A stretch of DNA of 63,805 bases, filler included, from Chiloscyllium plagiosum (lineage: Eukaryota), in NCBI RefSeq assembly GCF_004010195.1. It is 3 parts of one record of this genome, joined end to end, with 100 filler letters (N's around TTAATTAATTAA, not from the genome) between each part and the next. Parts side by side here need not be neighbours in the genome. Positions count along the whole stretch, not along the records: positions 1 to 19,313 come from NC_057711.1; positions 19,414 to 44,118 come from NC_057711.1; 1 more part is not named here. One strand, 5' to 3'. The notes under the pieces are model-generated. The model ran no database searches. It worked only from the letters and a program-made list of their open reading frames with translations, and had not been told where the DNA came from. The position numbers and the translations under genes were made by a program. How positions within the stretch are numbered: the stretch's first letter is position 1; every line of letters starts with the position of its first letter. This document shows, in pieces, positions 13,367 to 26,160 of the stretch.

Positions 13367-14000
13367 GGGATCTTGATCAGATAGGCCAATGGGCTGAGGA
13401 GTGACAGATGGAGTTTAATTTAGATAGATGCGAGGTGCTGCACTTTGGAAAATCAAGTCTTAGCAGGACCTATACACTTAATGCTATGATCCTAGGGAGT
13501 GTTGCTGAACAAAGAGACCTTGGAGTGCAGGTTCATAGCTCCTTGAAAGTAGATAGGATAGTGAAGAAGGCGTTTGGTATGCTGCAGAGTATTTAGTGCA
13601 GAAGTTGGAAAGTCATGTTGTGGCTGTACAGGACATTGGTTAGGCCATTTTTGGAATATTGCATATAATTCTGGTCTCCTTCCTATTGAACAAATGTTGT
13701 GAAACTTGAAAGACTTAAAAAAAGATTTATAAGCATGTTGCCAGGGTTGGAGGATTTGAGCTAGAGGGAGAGGCTGAATAGGCTGGGGCTGCTTTCCCTG
13801 GAGTGTCAAAGGCTGGGGTATGACCTCATAGAGGTTTATAAAACCATGAGGGGCATGGATAAGCTAAATAAATAAAGTCTTTTCCCTGGGGTGGGGGAGT
13901 CCAGAAGTAGAGGGCATATGTTTAGGGTGAGAGGGGAAAGATATAAAAGAGACCTAAGGGGCAACCTTTTTGACACAGAGGGTGGTGCGTGTATGGAAGT
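13367..14000 (+). mobile_element. CR1 RT C-terminal fragment
   Basis: MEFNLDRCEVLHFGK...EQRDLGVQVHSSLKV; parallels 12140-13020. Confidence 0.85.
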
Positions 14001-14339
14001 TTAACAGACCCTTGCCAAGTTGGAATATAAATTACTGAACTTTATTCGTTAGGTTCCTATTTTTAGATCATACTCTTATCTCTTCCATCTCTTCATCTCC
14101 TATAGCCGTAGTATAATTATGTAAAGCATTTTTTTAACTACTTTTGTGCAGTACCAGTCTGCGAAATGCAGACAAGGAAACAAAGTCAATACTTGTTAAT
14201 ACGCTCACTCATATACACGTAGTGCTAATAGCAGTAAGTTTTGGAAATATTGTGCCTGTCAAATTGAGTGATGCTGCTGCTGGTGAATGCAGCATCTTCC
14301 ATTTCAGAACTCCAAACTTAGCAAACATCTTAAACATTC

Positions 14340-14672
14340 ATTCATGCAATGTAGGTGTTGCTGGCTTGGCCAGCATTTATTGTCCATTCCTACTTGCCAG
14401 AGGGCACTTAAGAGTCAACCATATTGCAATGGGAATGGAGTCACATGTAGGCCAGACTAGGTAAAGACATCACATTTCCTCCCCTACAAGGGCACCAGTG
14501 AACCTGATGTGTTTTTGTGGCAATTGATGGTGATTACACGATTGCCCTTAGGCCAGCTCTTCAGTTCAGAGCTTTTCATTGAGTTCAAATTTCATGGTGG
14601 TTTTCAAACTATATCCTGAGAGCAATAGCCTGGGGCTCTGGATTGTTAGTCCATTGACATAATGCCACCATC
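14340..14672 (-). mobile_element. Short tRNA-headed element (LINE 5'+3' end derivative); paralogues at 36655-37000 and 45532-45875
   Basis: The three loci share gccagcatttattg...agagggcacttaagagtcaacca...ggagtcacatgtaggccagac...ctggatt.ttagt. Confidence 0.6.
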
Positions 14673-15204
14673 ACGCGTTAAATGTGCAGGAAAGCTTCAA
14701 CAATGTGCCTAAAGATACCATCAGCATTGCTAGTGATGCACTTTCCATTCCTTATACCAGCTATCTCATAATTCCTTTATGATGTGGAGGTGCCAATGTT
14801 GGGCTGGGGTGGACAAAGTCAGAAATCACACGATACCAGGTTATAGTCCAACAGGATTATTTGAAATCACAAGTTTTTGGAGCACAGCTCCTTTGTCAAG
14901 TGAAGATTTCAAAAGCGTGCGATTTCCGATAACTTCTTTTTGTGAACTTTATTAAACTCTAAACAGTTACTATACAGCAAATCTGTAATCAGCTCAGTGA
15001 ACATACAACCATCTGATTTAGGAACAGAAACCTGGGCCAGGTGCTGGCAGGTGGGACTAGATTGGGTTGGAATATCTGGTCGGCATGGACAAGTTTGACG
15101 GAAGGGTCTGTTTCCGTGCTGTACATCTCTATGTGTCTATAACTGAAGGCAGGTATCTGCTTCAAATGCAAAACCTTTGAAATGTAATGCCACTCATGCT
15201 AAGC

Positions 15205-15955
15205 ATGAGATTTATTGGTTGAGTATAGGAGTTGGGAGGTCATGTTGCAGCTGTACAGGACATTGGTTAGGCCACATTTGGAACATTGTGTGCAATTCTG
15301 GTCTCCCTGCTATAGAAGGATACCAGGTAACTTGAAAGGGTTCAGAAAAGGTTTACAAGGGTGTTGCCAGGGTTGGAGGGTTTGAGCTATAGGGAAAGGT
15401 TGAATAGGCTGGGGTTATTTACCTTGGAGCTTCAGAGGCTGCCAGGTGACCTTATAGAGGTTTATAAAATCATGAGGGGCATGGTTAGGGTAAATAGACA
15501 AAGTCTTTTCCCGAGCAAAAGCGGGTACTGCAAATGTTGGAGATTAGAGTCAAGATTAGAGTGGAGCTGGGAAAACACAGCAAGTCTGGCAGCATCTGAG
15601 GAGCAGGAAAGTCGACATTTCGGGCAAAAGCCCTTCTTTCCCTAGGACAGGGGAATTCAGAACTAGAGGGCATAAGTTTAATGTGAAAGGCGAAAGATTT
15701 AAAAGGGACCTAAGATGCAACATTTTCACACAGAGGTTAGTGCGTATATGGAATGGACTGCTAGAGGAAGTGGTGGAGGCTGGTACAATTACAACATTTA
15801 AAAGTCATGTGGATGGGTATACGAATAGGAAGGGTTTAGAGGGATATGGGTCAAATGCTCGCATATGTGACTAGATTAATTTAGGATTTCTGGTCGGCAT
15901 GGACAAGTTGGACTGAAGGGTCTGTTTCCGTGCTGTGCACTCTATGACTGTATGA
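15205..15955 (+). mobile_element. CR1 3' fragment with a PLE-end insertion at about 15512-15637
   Basis: [31 protein letters not shown] and tail ctatgactgtatgagt. The insert carries gtcgacatttcgggcaaaagcccttc, a degenerate minus-strand hammerhead. Confidence 0.85.
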
Positions 15956-17156
15956 GTCAGATTCAGGCCCACTCCATAGCACTACTATTGTCGAGACACC
16001 AATACTGGCAGTAGCAACTTAATGCTTTTCTGGATGCAGTGAAACCCATCTGAAGAAAACAAATGATGCTTACTTAGGATGAGCAGCAAGAATTTCCCAT
16101 ATAAACAGCTGTCCCTGGGTTTCACCAACGTCATCAAAACAGTGCCACCCCATTATTAGCACACTGTATTCCAGCCACTAGAGGGCTGAGCAACTCTGAA
16201 CTCAATCTAGTATTATCATTAAACTAATAAATCTATTGGTGGGATTACACAGAGTTATCTATTGCATATTGTACAAAATGTATGATGAGTTTGCACACAG
16301 TTAGATAGGTCCATCATTTCATCATGTTTTATGCAGAAGAAATCTTCACCTATTGGTTTTGTGCTTTTCCAGATTGTTGGGGGAAGAGCTAACAGCGAAA
16401 GAATGAAGCCACATTTACCTTTCACTGCTTTTGGACAAACAATCATTGTTTTATTTTTCTGTTCTAGACATAGAATCCATTATAACACATGGCAAACTTC
16501 ATCACACTGAACATTAGGCGAGATTGGAGAACTCCTTAAGCGGCATAAGAAATTCCAACTTGACCCCAGCTTGCAATTTTGCACCCATACAAACTAAACT
16601 GAACACATTTATAGCTGTTTAAATGAGTAACAACAGCAGGACTTGATATCCGAGCCTTGGTAGGCCCTGTTCCAAATGGTACGGATGTCAAATCGTTCCC
16701 TGTCTCACCCACTTAATGCTGTTTCGCTGACAATGGCTGTGAATTTCTATTTGCTTCTTCAGTGTGGCTCTCTCATTCTCTTCAAATATTACATGATACT
16801 GTGTTATCGAAATGCACGGGCAGCTTGTGAAATCATACCCTGTCTAAATAATTGACAGTATGTACTACACCAGTGTTCACTGCAAGAAATTCAAGGGCTG
16901 CTTAGAGACACATCCTGTGTGCCTGCAGAACTAGCAGTTTTGTTCATAATTGGTTGAAACAGCCAGGAGGGAGTGGATACTGCACAATTGGAGGTGTTCC
17001 CTCCAGGCGATAGGTGGACTGTTCAGTAAAATCTAAAATAAAAGTTTCTACGCATGCTTTAAGAAAGTTTTGCAAGTTACCTATCCGAGTAAGTTTTTCT
17101 TCGTTAGATTAGCGAACAGTTTTTATTTTTGTTTCTTCCCCCTTTGGCTTACTCAG

Positions 17157-17401
17157 AGAAAGCTGCCCCACACCGGGCCCAGTGGTACGATTTTTCGAGC
17201 ATACTCCTGGAACAAAGGACGTGCCTTCCCCTCCTCCCTGAAGTCTGGAGGAGTTTTATGCAGAGGTAAAGACAGTTGTAAGTGGAGTAATTCCTGGGAA
17301 GGAATCCTGATGACTGAGCAAAACCAGAATTGTACTCCTGCGGAAGAACTGAAGTCTACAAGATTTCTTAGTAAAAAAGACTCTAAAAACGTTTCATTTC
17401 A
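17157..17401 (+). CDS. Candidate alternative first coding exon of LMNB1 (ATG at 17310, MTEQNQNCTPAEELKSTRFLSKKDSKNVSF, phase-2 donor)
   Basis: Long polypyrimidine tract with CAG at 17154-17156 and strong donor CA|GTAAGT at 17401/17402. The 92 coding nt give phase 2, matching the exon 2 acceptor. An upstream donor GA|GTAAGT lies at 17088/17089. No homology support. Confidence 0.35.
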
Positions 17402-18359
17402 GTAAGTATGACGTTTCCCTCCAGAGCCTTATTTTAAAGTGCAATTGCTGTATGATGTTGGCAAAAAAAAGTCGACATTTAACAAGCTGCTTTAGTTTAG
17501 CTTTTGCATGTTTTAGCTATATACCGACTGTTATTGTCAACTTTAGTTTCAAGTTTGGCTTGCTTGGCCTCTAGTGCTTGAATAAAAAGTGATTTATTTT
17601 TACAGATAGTATTTTGGTGTTCAGTAGAACAACATATTGTTTCATATTTTGCCCTGAGAACTGTATTGAAAAGGAGTTGCAGGTAATGGCCATTATTTCC
17701 CTTGTAATGTGAGTTCTGCAGGTTTGGTTACCTTGTTCCTTTTAGCTCTACAATATCTAACAGCAATATTTTGGTTAAATGGAAGCATCTGAAAGAAACA
17801 ATATTTTAGATCCAAATATTTAGCAAGTGCTTCTTGATAAACTTCATGCTTTTTTTTCTTAAAGCTGAAGTAATTATTCACAATAAAAGGAATAAATGTT
17901 GTCTTCAATCTGCCAATGCAGAACCAGAAATTTTCAGGTGCTTTCCAAATGTTCATAACTAACATAACTGCAGTAAAGGTGCATTTACATTGTCACCTTT
18001 GAATTTATTGACCTTTGCAACAGTGGAAAGTGATTCCAATATAGACTCTTAATCTGAGTCTGAATTCTCACTGTGATGCTCTTTGAGGAGACTATAATGC
18101 ATCAGTTGAACTTGACATGGCAAGGAATGTACGAGTGTGTGGGGACAAAAAATAAGGTTTTAATCAATATGCAAGATATCCTAAAGTACCTTCCGGTCTG
18201 AGAAATGCCATTGTGACAAAGCTACAAGTTTGTGTAGAGGGAAGTCCTAAGCATCAAAAGAAAATTTTATTTTGTCATTGCATAGAGCAGCACAGGAGAC
18301 TGTCAGCCCGTTGAATAATGTAACAGCTCCTTTTAATAAACAGTTCAATTAGCCTCGTT

Positions 18360-18615
18360 TTGTTTCATTGTCGACCGAAGAATAAATATTGGCTGTAATA
18401 CTAGAGAGAATGTGCCTGATCCTCTTCAAAATATTGATGAGACCTTTCTATTTACCTGAGGGGGCAGACCAGGCTGGCTGAAAGACTATGCCAATACCAA
18501 TGCAGTATTCTTCAATGACTTATTGCTGTGTCCCACCAGGATTTTTGTGCTTGAGTTTCTGGAGTGGAACCTGAATGCATAACCTTTGCCTCTCACACTG
18601 TGAGAATGCTGCCAG
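18360..18615 (-). mobile_element. DeuSINE-like SINE, degenerate
   Basis: aataaatattggc...gagagaatgtgcctgatcctcttcaaaata...gacctttctatttacctgag...gtgcttgagtttctggagtggaacctgaa resembles the reverse complement of a Deu-domain SINE. Confidence 0.45.
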
Positions 18616-18879
18616 TCAGGTTTTGCCAAAACTTGGGAGTGTCACCAGGCAAGGTTCACTCGAGATACAATTACCACACCTGGATCAGGTTGTATTCCCT
18701 ACAGCCTGCTTGCCAAGAAAATATAGAGATGTCCTCTTCTAGCTACTTGGTCACCACAATTAGCTTGATCAAGCTCAATTGTTCTGCTTCACATCAGTTC
18801 TGTCTGTACCTTGTTTTGTTGCAGCACCTGAAATGGACTTGTCTTCTGTGTGTTCGCTCTTATAACCAGTAGGTCCATT

Positions 18880-19313
18880 TCTGACCAACTTCACCATCAA
18901 GCCAGTGGATAAAGGGGGCGCAGTGGTAGTCTGGCGCACTGACCTCTACACCGCTGAAGCCAAACGCCAACTCGAGGACACCTCTTCCTACTGCCCCCTC
19001 GACCATGACCCCACCCCCCAACACCAAACCATCATCTCCCAGGCCATACAGAACCTCATCACCTCAGGAGATCACCCACAGCTTCCAACCTCATAGTCCG
19101 GGAACCCTGCACTGCCCGGTTCTACCTCCTTCCCGAGATCCACAAGCACGACCACACTGGCCGACCCATTGTCTCAGCATGCTCCTGCCCCACTGAACTC
19201 ATCTCTACCTACCTCGACACTGTCCTATCCCCCCTAGTCCAGGAACTCCCCACATACGTTCGAGACACCACCCACGCCCTCCACCTCCTCCAAGACTCCC
19301 GTTTCCCCGGCCC
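18880..19313 (+). mobile_element. Penelope-like element reverse transcriptase fragment
   Basis: TIKPVDKGGAVVVW...AKRQLED and, after a frameshift, ARFYLLPEIHK..GRPIVSACSCPTELISTYLD..L.PLV...PTYVRDT. These are PLE RT N-terminal motifs. Truncated by a gap. Confidence 0.85.
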
Positions 19314-19413
19314 NNNNNNNNNNNNNNNNNNNNNNNNNNNNNNNNNNNNNNNNNNNNTTAATTAATTAANNNNNNNNNNNNNNNNNNNNNNNNNNNNNNN
19401 NNNNNNNNNNNNN
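19314..19413. other. Artificial scaffold join: 44 N + TTAATTAATTAA + 44 N
   Basis: Exactly 100 bp. The palindromic 12-mer gives stops in all six frames, and an identical structure occurs at 44119-44218. Confidence 0.9.
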
Positions 19414-19479
19414 ATATCAAAGTTGAAACTTTATTGCTGGAACAGCACAGCAGGTCAGGCAGCATCCAGGGAACAGGAG

Positions 19480-19515
19480 ATTCGACGTTTCGGGCACAGG
19501 CCCTTCTTCAGGAAT
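19480..19515 (-). ncRNA. Minimal type I hammerhead ribozyme motif (PLE type)
   Basis: Minus strand ATTC-CTGAAGA-AGGGC-ctgt-GCCC-GAAA-CGTC-GAAT: stem I ATTC/GAAT, core CUGANGA and GAAA, stem II, palindromic ACGT stem III and a GUC cleavage triplet. Confidence 0.7.
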
Positions 19516-19787
19516 GAGCAGAGAGTGTTCAGCAGGAGAAGATAAAAGGTAGGGAGGAGGGACTTGGGGGAGGGGCGTCGGAAATCCCCCTACCTTGTCT
19601 CAGTCAAATCCATCGAACTCAGCACCGCCTTCCTAACCTGCAATCTTCTTCCCGACCTCTCCGCCCCCACCCCAGTCTGACCTATCACCCTCACCTTGAC
19701 CTCTTTCCACCTATCACATTTCCGACACCCCTCCCCCAAGTCCCTCCTCCCTACCTTTTATCTTAGCCTGCTGGACAAACTTTCCTC

Positions 19788-19824
19788 ATTCCTGAAGAAG
19801 GGCTTATGCCCGAAACGTCGATTC
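19788..19824 (+). ncRNA. Minimal type I hammerhead ribozyme motif (PLE type)
   Basis: ATTC-CTGAAGA-AGGGC-ttat-GCCC-GAAA-CGTC-GATT; intact core with one stem I mismatch. Confidence 0.65.
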
Positions 19825-20619
19825 CCCTGTTCCCTGGATGCTGCCTGACCTGCGCTTTTCCAGCAACACATTTCCAGCTCTGATCTCCAGCATCTGCAGC
19901 CCTCACTTTCTCCTCTAACATTTATGCATAACTATCAAATTAAATAAGTTGCTTTGGACCCTATTTTTAAAACTCATGTTCTATGGATGCATATGTTTAA
20001 CTTCAAATCCTGGGAGTGGGCAGTAAAAATTGCTTAGCGATAGGGCTGTTGCAAGGCCGTTATGGGGAAACATAATGCATAGACTATTGAGCAACATTCA
20101 GTGACTGGGTTCAATGGTACAGTTTGTTCAAATTGCTCAAGAATATAATAAAACAAAGTCAGCTGTGTGCGTGTATACATTTTTTTTTTGTTTCTAAAAA
20201 CAGGTCTTTTGAGAAATCAACTATTGAAATATTCTTGAATCTGGATCTCACAGAACAATGCATTTCATAATCCAAATTTCACTTTCATTGCACACCTATC
20301 TTAAAACGGAATGTACTGTTTTTTATTTTTAGATTTTTGATATGGAAAATTGTGGGCCGTTTTGTGCTGCAGCTCATCAGTCTGGTTGGAACTGGGCTAA
20401 GAATACTCAAATGTTATATTTTATACCAATTCTTATGAGTGGAGACTTCAGCCCACTCATTCCTATATTAGAATGCCAAAAGTTAAAGGTGGGTGTACTA
20501 ATCTACTCCCATTCTGCCATCTAGTTTCTCCCTTTCTGTCCAATTCCTTAAATTCCTAAAATGACTTGAGGAAATCGTTCCTCTGTTATTTTTTTTCTTC
20601 AGCAGCATGTATTCATATA

Positions 20620-22575
20620 AATGTTGACCAAGATTGGGTATTGAATATTCCTGAGAAGGTGATCAGAAAATATAGGCAAGGAAGAAGGATGGCCGTTTTG
20701 GTGTAAGGTGAGTATTGCTGCAGAAAGCGATGCTCTGGGTTCCAAGGATAGAATCGATTTAGCCATAGCTAAGGATCAAAAGGGGTACATTTACATTGTT
20801 AGATGTTGTCTGTAGACTTTTAAAATGTAGAGGAATCAAATATGCCAGGAAGTTAAGAAATCCCAACATTATGGGGCCCTTTATAATGTTAAGTGTCCAA
20901 ATACAGTCCAGGACTCTAGTAATGTCAGAATCATCAAAGGACAAACATTCCTGACTTGATGTTCTGGAGCGTTTCCTGCAGCAATGTGTCCGACCCATCA
21001 AGAAACCATGCACTTGTGGATCTACTTCTTAGCAATGAGGTGGGCCAAGTAAATCAAATGTCAGTGAGGGAATATTTAGGAGATAAGATCATAGTATTGT
21101 AATGGCATTAGTCAATCCAGAACGAGAAAAGTTGATTGGCAGTAAGTTGGCTTTAATGGGGTAAGAGCAGAACTGGGCAAGATAGACCGCAATAAGAGAC
21201 TGGCATTATGGCTATTGTTCAAGAAAACTTGTAAGAATAAGCTCAGCAATTATACAGCAGTCAGTTTAATGTCAATGTTGGGGAAGTTGCTAGTAATAAT
21301 TTGGTGTGGAATTGGTAGGTTGGGGGATGGTGAAGGCAGGCTGTTTAGCAAGAGTCAGCATGGATTTCTGATGGGAAATTCATACTTGACTAAATGTGCT
21401 GGAGCTTTTGGAAGACCTAATGGTTCTGAAGGAACAGGTTTTGAGGGTAATGCTGTTATTTGATGTATATTAACTAGTAGAAGATGCTTGGTATGGACTT
21501 AAAGTTTACAGTTCATGCAATAAAAGCAACAATGCATTGTGCAGACACAAAATTTCCTACGTGATAGGAAATGGAGTAGTGGTCAATGGATATTTTTCAG
21601 GCTAGTGGAATCTTTGTAGTGAAACCAGCATTGGGATCTGTTGCTGTTCCTGTTTTATTTTTTAAAAATATATGCGAATGACCTAGATCTTCGTGAGCAG
21701 GGGGCACTTTCAAAGTTTACCAGTATTTTGAAAAATTGGAAGGATTGCAAACTGTGAAGAGGATAGTGTAAAACTCCAAAAGAACACAAGTTGATGGATA
21801 GATGGTAGATGTGGTTCAATGTAAGGAGGTCTGAGGTGATGTATTTTGATAGAATGTTGAAAGACAATATGAACCAAGAAGTAGAATATTTCTACAAGTA
21901 ACAGGAGCAAAAGTATTTGAGTGTATGCGTAACACAGATCATTGAAAGTGGCAGGACGGGTGGAGATTGTAATTAATCATGCAGCATCTTCAGCTTTATT
22001 AATAGGGACATAGAATACAAGAGCAAGAAGGTGATGTTAAAGTTATGAGACTCTTGTTAGACCTTTAGCTGGAGTTTTTTTTTACAGTTCTGAGCACCAC
22101 TTTTACAGGAGATAGGTTCACTTTGGAGAGAACACAAATGTGCAAGAATAGTTCCTAGGATATGAGACTTCATCTTCTCCAATCTGTCTTCAGAAGGCTC
22201 GGTGTTGGCCAAATAGGGGTTTTCAAAATCCTAAGCGGCTGAATAGAGTGAGCAGGGAGAATCTGATCATGCTTGTACAAGGGCCAAGAATGTGAGCTTA
22301 TAGATTTAAAATGATTTGCAAATGGCGCAAATGTGCTAAGTGGGCAAAATAAAATTTTCTCACCACAAGTAATTAAAAATTGACAGCCTGGAAGTGTGGG
22401 AGAGGCAGGCTCAATTAAGGCTTTCAAGAGGGTATTGGGCCATTATTTGGAAAGAAATTGTATTCAAGAATGTGGGGAGAAAGGCAGGAGAGTGGCAGTG
22501 GGTAATGCTCATTTGAAGAGCTCATGTGGACACAACAGACAGAATGGCCTCCTCCTGTGCTATAACATTTTTGTT
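20620..22575 (+). mobile_element. Highly decayed CR1 LINE ORF2 and 3' UTR
   Basis: Remnants LFKK..KNKLSNYTAVSL, SQHGFLMGNSYLT and EAGSIKAFKRVLGHYL; tail atggcctcctcctgtgctataac. Confidence 0.65.
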
Positions 22576-22919
22576 ACTCTGTATAATTCAAATAAAATAA
22601 TTCTTCTGAACAATTGTGGTTAATTCTGAATTTTCCATTAAGATGGTTTTAAAATGCTTTATTTTCCTGTTTGCTAAATATATCACAATGCTATTTTTAA
22701 AAGAACGACACCTATTATGATCAGATTCCTTGTCAATTCATTTGTTTTCAGTCTTGCAGGGGTGGGGAAAACTCCCTTCCGCTTGCAGATCACAGAACCT
22801 GTTTGGTCAGTCTGTACACTCCTTATAGACAAATGTTATTCATTTGCATTGGCACTGCAGTTATTGCATTGTAAAATCTTTCCTAATGGACTACAGTTGT
22901 TATTTTTAACTTCAAGGAA

Positions 22920-23800
22920 CGTTGACTGAAACTCAACTGGACTCACCATAAATACAATGGCTACAAGACTATCAGTGGATAGGAATCCTGCAGTTAGTAA
23001 CACTCCTGACTTCCCAAAGCCTGTCCAGCTCCTCGGATGCTGCCTGAACTGCTGTGCTCTTCCAGCACCATTTACAAGGCACAAGTCAGAAATGTGATGG
23101 AATATGCCCACTTGCATGGATGGGTGCAACTCCAACAGCACTGTAGAAGCTTGTCACCACCCAGAACAAAGCAGCCACTTGATTGGCACCATATCCACTC
23201 CCTCTCTTCCTCTGCTCAGTAGCAGTAGTGTGTACTATCTACAAGATGCACTGCAGAATTTCACCAGAGATCCTTAGACAGCACATTCCAAAACCATGAC
23301 AGCTTCCATTGCAAAAGACAAGGGCAGCCGATTACATAAGATCACTACCACCTTCAGGTGCCCCTCCAAGCCACTCCCCATCCTGATTTGGAAATGTATT
23401 GCTGTTCATTCACTGTGGCTAGTCAAAATACTGGAACTTCCTCCCTAATGGCATCGTGAGTACGGTAGTCCCCACAGGGGTGATACATTCCAAGACCTAC
23501 CGGGGAAGCCTGAAACCACGGATATTAGTAAACCCATTCATTTTAAATGGGAAAATTACCTCCCCAGGCAGACCCTTGGTCCCTGGTTCTGGAATGTTTC
23601 ATGTAATGTGTTCAGGCCGCAGCAAACCGCGGGTAATTGAAACTGCGAAAACCGGACCTGTGGATACAACGGTCACCCTGTCTGCTCCAAGGGCATAGAC
23701 TACAGCAGTTCAAGAAGGCAACTTGCTACCATCTTCTCAAGGGCAGCTATAACAAGCAATAAGTGTTGACCAGCCACTGATCTCTATATCCCCTGAGGGA
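22920..23800 (+). mobile_element. 3' part of a CR1/L2-group LINE, interrupted by a MITE
   Basis: TIYKAQVRNVMEYA RT C-terminal motif; 3' region cagcagttcaagaaggca...caataagtg is related to the tail of the short elements at 14.3, 36.7 and 45.5 kb. Confidence 0.6.
23463..23680. mobile_element. pogo/Tigger-like non-autonomous DNA transposon (MITE)
   Basis: Preceded by TA. Left end cggtagtcccc...gatacattccaagacc...cctgaaaccacggata and right end accgcgggtaattgaaactgcg...gtggatac...ccctg resemble MER44/Tigger7-type termini as recalled. It splits a LINE. Confidence 0.6.
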
Positions 23801-24981
23801 ATAGAGGGGAAAAAAATTCAATTTGTATGCAGTTTTGGCCTGCTTAATTTAAGGAAACTAAGTGCATTCGAGGTGAGTCAGGGAAGTTCAGTCCATTGAT
23901 ACCTGGACTGAACAGATGCTCATGAGAAGTTAGACAGTTTGGACTGTTTCCTTTGGCATTTCAGAGAATGCAGGGTGATGTGACTGCAATAACAAGATTC
24001 TGAATGGCCTTGACAAGGTGGACTCCATTTTTTAAGCTCCTGGAGGGGGCAAGGGTGGGCCAGTTGGGAAAATATGGTAAGCTTGGGAAAGAAAGTTTCT
24101 TGATGCCAAAGAAAAATGTTCAAAACCTTAATGCAGAACTGGACAATGAGGCAAGAATCTCATGAGTGAACAGTGTGCAATTACTCCTAACTTCGTTGAG
24201 CAGCCTCCTAGTCTCCCATAAACTGGTAATAATTCTCAACATGAAAATCTGAGCTGTTACCAGACAATTCCATCTCACTGTTTCGCTTCTCTGGATGCCC
24301 ATTTTGTTGCATTCCATGCTTGCGCACCCTGTCCAAGGAGGTTGGCATCAGACACTGACCATCCTTGCCATATTGTGACACCTTTCAACCTCTCAAACTC
24401 ACTTAGAATACTTAAGAGTGTGCTGGCACTTTTTTTGTGTTTGGGGGCAAAAGGTGATGGTGTTCTGAGCTGGTGAGTAGGTAATGCAGAGTTGCTAGTG
24501 TGGTGAGTTTAAGGTGCATTAGATGAATGGTGAAAAATATTGCACGGTATAGTAAGAATGTTAGACCATGAGCCCGGTGGAATGTGTGCAGTTGCAAAGT
24601 TCAAGTGATGTATGAGGTAACTGAGACGAAGAATGCTGAAACTTTCTTTCAGAGCACAGAACATCATTAAGCTTTCTGCCTGCATTGCTAGGCATTCCTC
24701 CAGACTGCTGTGGGCACCACAAGGAGCCAGGGAACAACTATGGACCAGGTTGGCAGTCTGGCGCAATGGTCTCTTCTGGTAGTCCTGAGGAAAAAGAGTG
24801 ACACTCCTATGCATCATCCCATCCACCAGGTCCCTGCCTGCAAAGCAAAATTTCCTTTCTTCGCCATCCGTGGGGCAGTTTGTCACATTCTGGAACTGTG
24901 AAGGGCAGCTGCACTTTTAAGATGGTGCTGGCTTCAGAAATCAATGGAGAGCTTGACAGTGGTGAATACTTCCACTGTCTG

Positions 24982-25103
24982 GGAGAAAGTGAGGTTTGCA
25001 GATACTGGAGATAGAGTCGAGAGTGTGTTGCTGGAAAAGCACAGCAGGTCAGGCAGCATCAGAGGAGCAGGAGAACTGACATTTCGGGCCGGAAGCCTTC
25101 ATC
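24982..25103 (-). mobile_element. Short PLE-end insertion with degenerate hammerhead motif
   Basis: Same family as 3112-3237; the minus strand reads TGATGA-AGGC..GCCC-GAAATGTC. Imperfect flanking repeat atacttccactgt / atactgtcactgt. Confidence 0.7.
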
Positions 25104-25920
25104 ATACTGTCACTGTGTAAGTGGGTGCATAGAAATACAGTGCAAAACACAAATGTGGCAAGCTGCAGAGAATTGAGAGGGAACTTGTTGCAGCTGACCA
25201 AAGAAATCCTTCATGAAACTCCTTGGATTGACACTTTGCCAATTTTTATGGTAAATTTTCAGTCTACTGGGCAAATCCAGCATTAGGGGCTACTGTTTAA
25301 AAGTTTAGTGTTTACCCTTCTTTTAAGGACAGGATGAAGCAAAATGTTTGAACATTGTTCAACTTTAACTCTAAATGCAATGGAGGCTGGGTGATTGGAT
25401 ATTTTTAAGGCAGAGGTGGGTAGATTTGTGTTGGGCCAGGAAATTGAAGGTCGGAATGTGAAATTTGAAACCGATCAATCATGCTGAAGGGCAGAGCAGG
25501 CTCAAGAGGGCCTCCTAATCTACTTCATTTGTATGTTCATATGTCTACTGTACTCTATGGGCCCAGCACATTAGTGCAAAACACAAGACTGAAGCTATGA
25601 CAGCAACGTGTACTGTACACTATAAGCAAGTTCCCGAGTCCCCCTCAACAGAACCATCCATATTCCTGATTTGGGGGGAGCCGGTGTTGGGCTAGGATGG
25701 ACAAAGCTTAAAAATCATGCAAACCAGGTTATAGTCCAACAGGTTTATTTAGCGGTACTAGCTTTCAAAGCATTGCTGAAGTGCATACAAGTGGATGACC
25801 AAGAAATCCAATAGAGAATGGAAAAAATAGAATTTCTTTAGTCAAGGAGTGTAAGAAATGGGCAGTTGTTGAAGCAGCGCTTTGAAAGCTAGTGCCTCTA
25901 AATTAACCTGTTGGACTATA

Positions 25921-26160
25921 AAGTTTGCACATTGTCCCCGTGTCTGCGTGGGTTTCCTCTGGGTGCTCCAGTTTCCTCCCACCATCCAAAGATGTGCGGG
26001 TTAGGTAAATTGGCCATACTAAGTTGCCTATAGTGTTAGGTGGATTAGTCAAGGGTAAATGTAGGGGAATGGGAATGGGTCTGGGTGGGTTGCTCTTCTG
26101 AGGGTCAGTGCGGACTTGTTGGGTTGTAGAGATTTGTTTCCACAATGTAGGGAATCTTAT
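25921..26160 (+). mobile_element. HE1-like V-SINE, 5'-truncated
   Basis: V-domain gtttgcacattgtccccgtgtctgcgtgggtttcctctgggtgctccagtttcctccc and a CR1-type tail. Confidence 0.8.

Larger units (their letters stand above)
19414..19916. mobile_element. Inverted PLE terminal repeats with two hammerhead ribozyme motifs
   Basis: Arm 19414-19585 is the reverse complement of about 19715-19885. Hammerhead cores lie at about 19480-19515(-) and 19788-19824(+). Confidence 0.8.
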
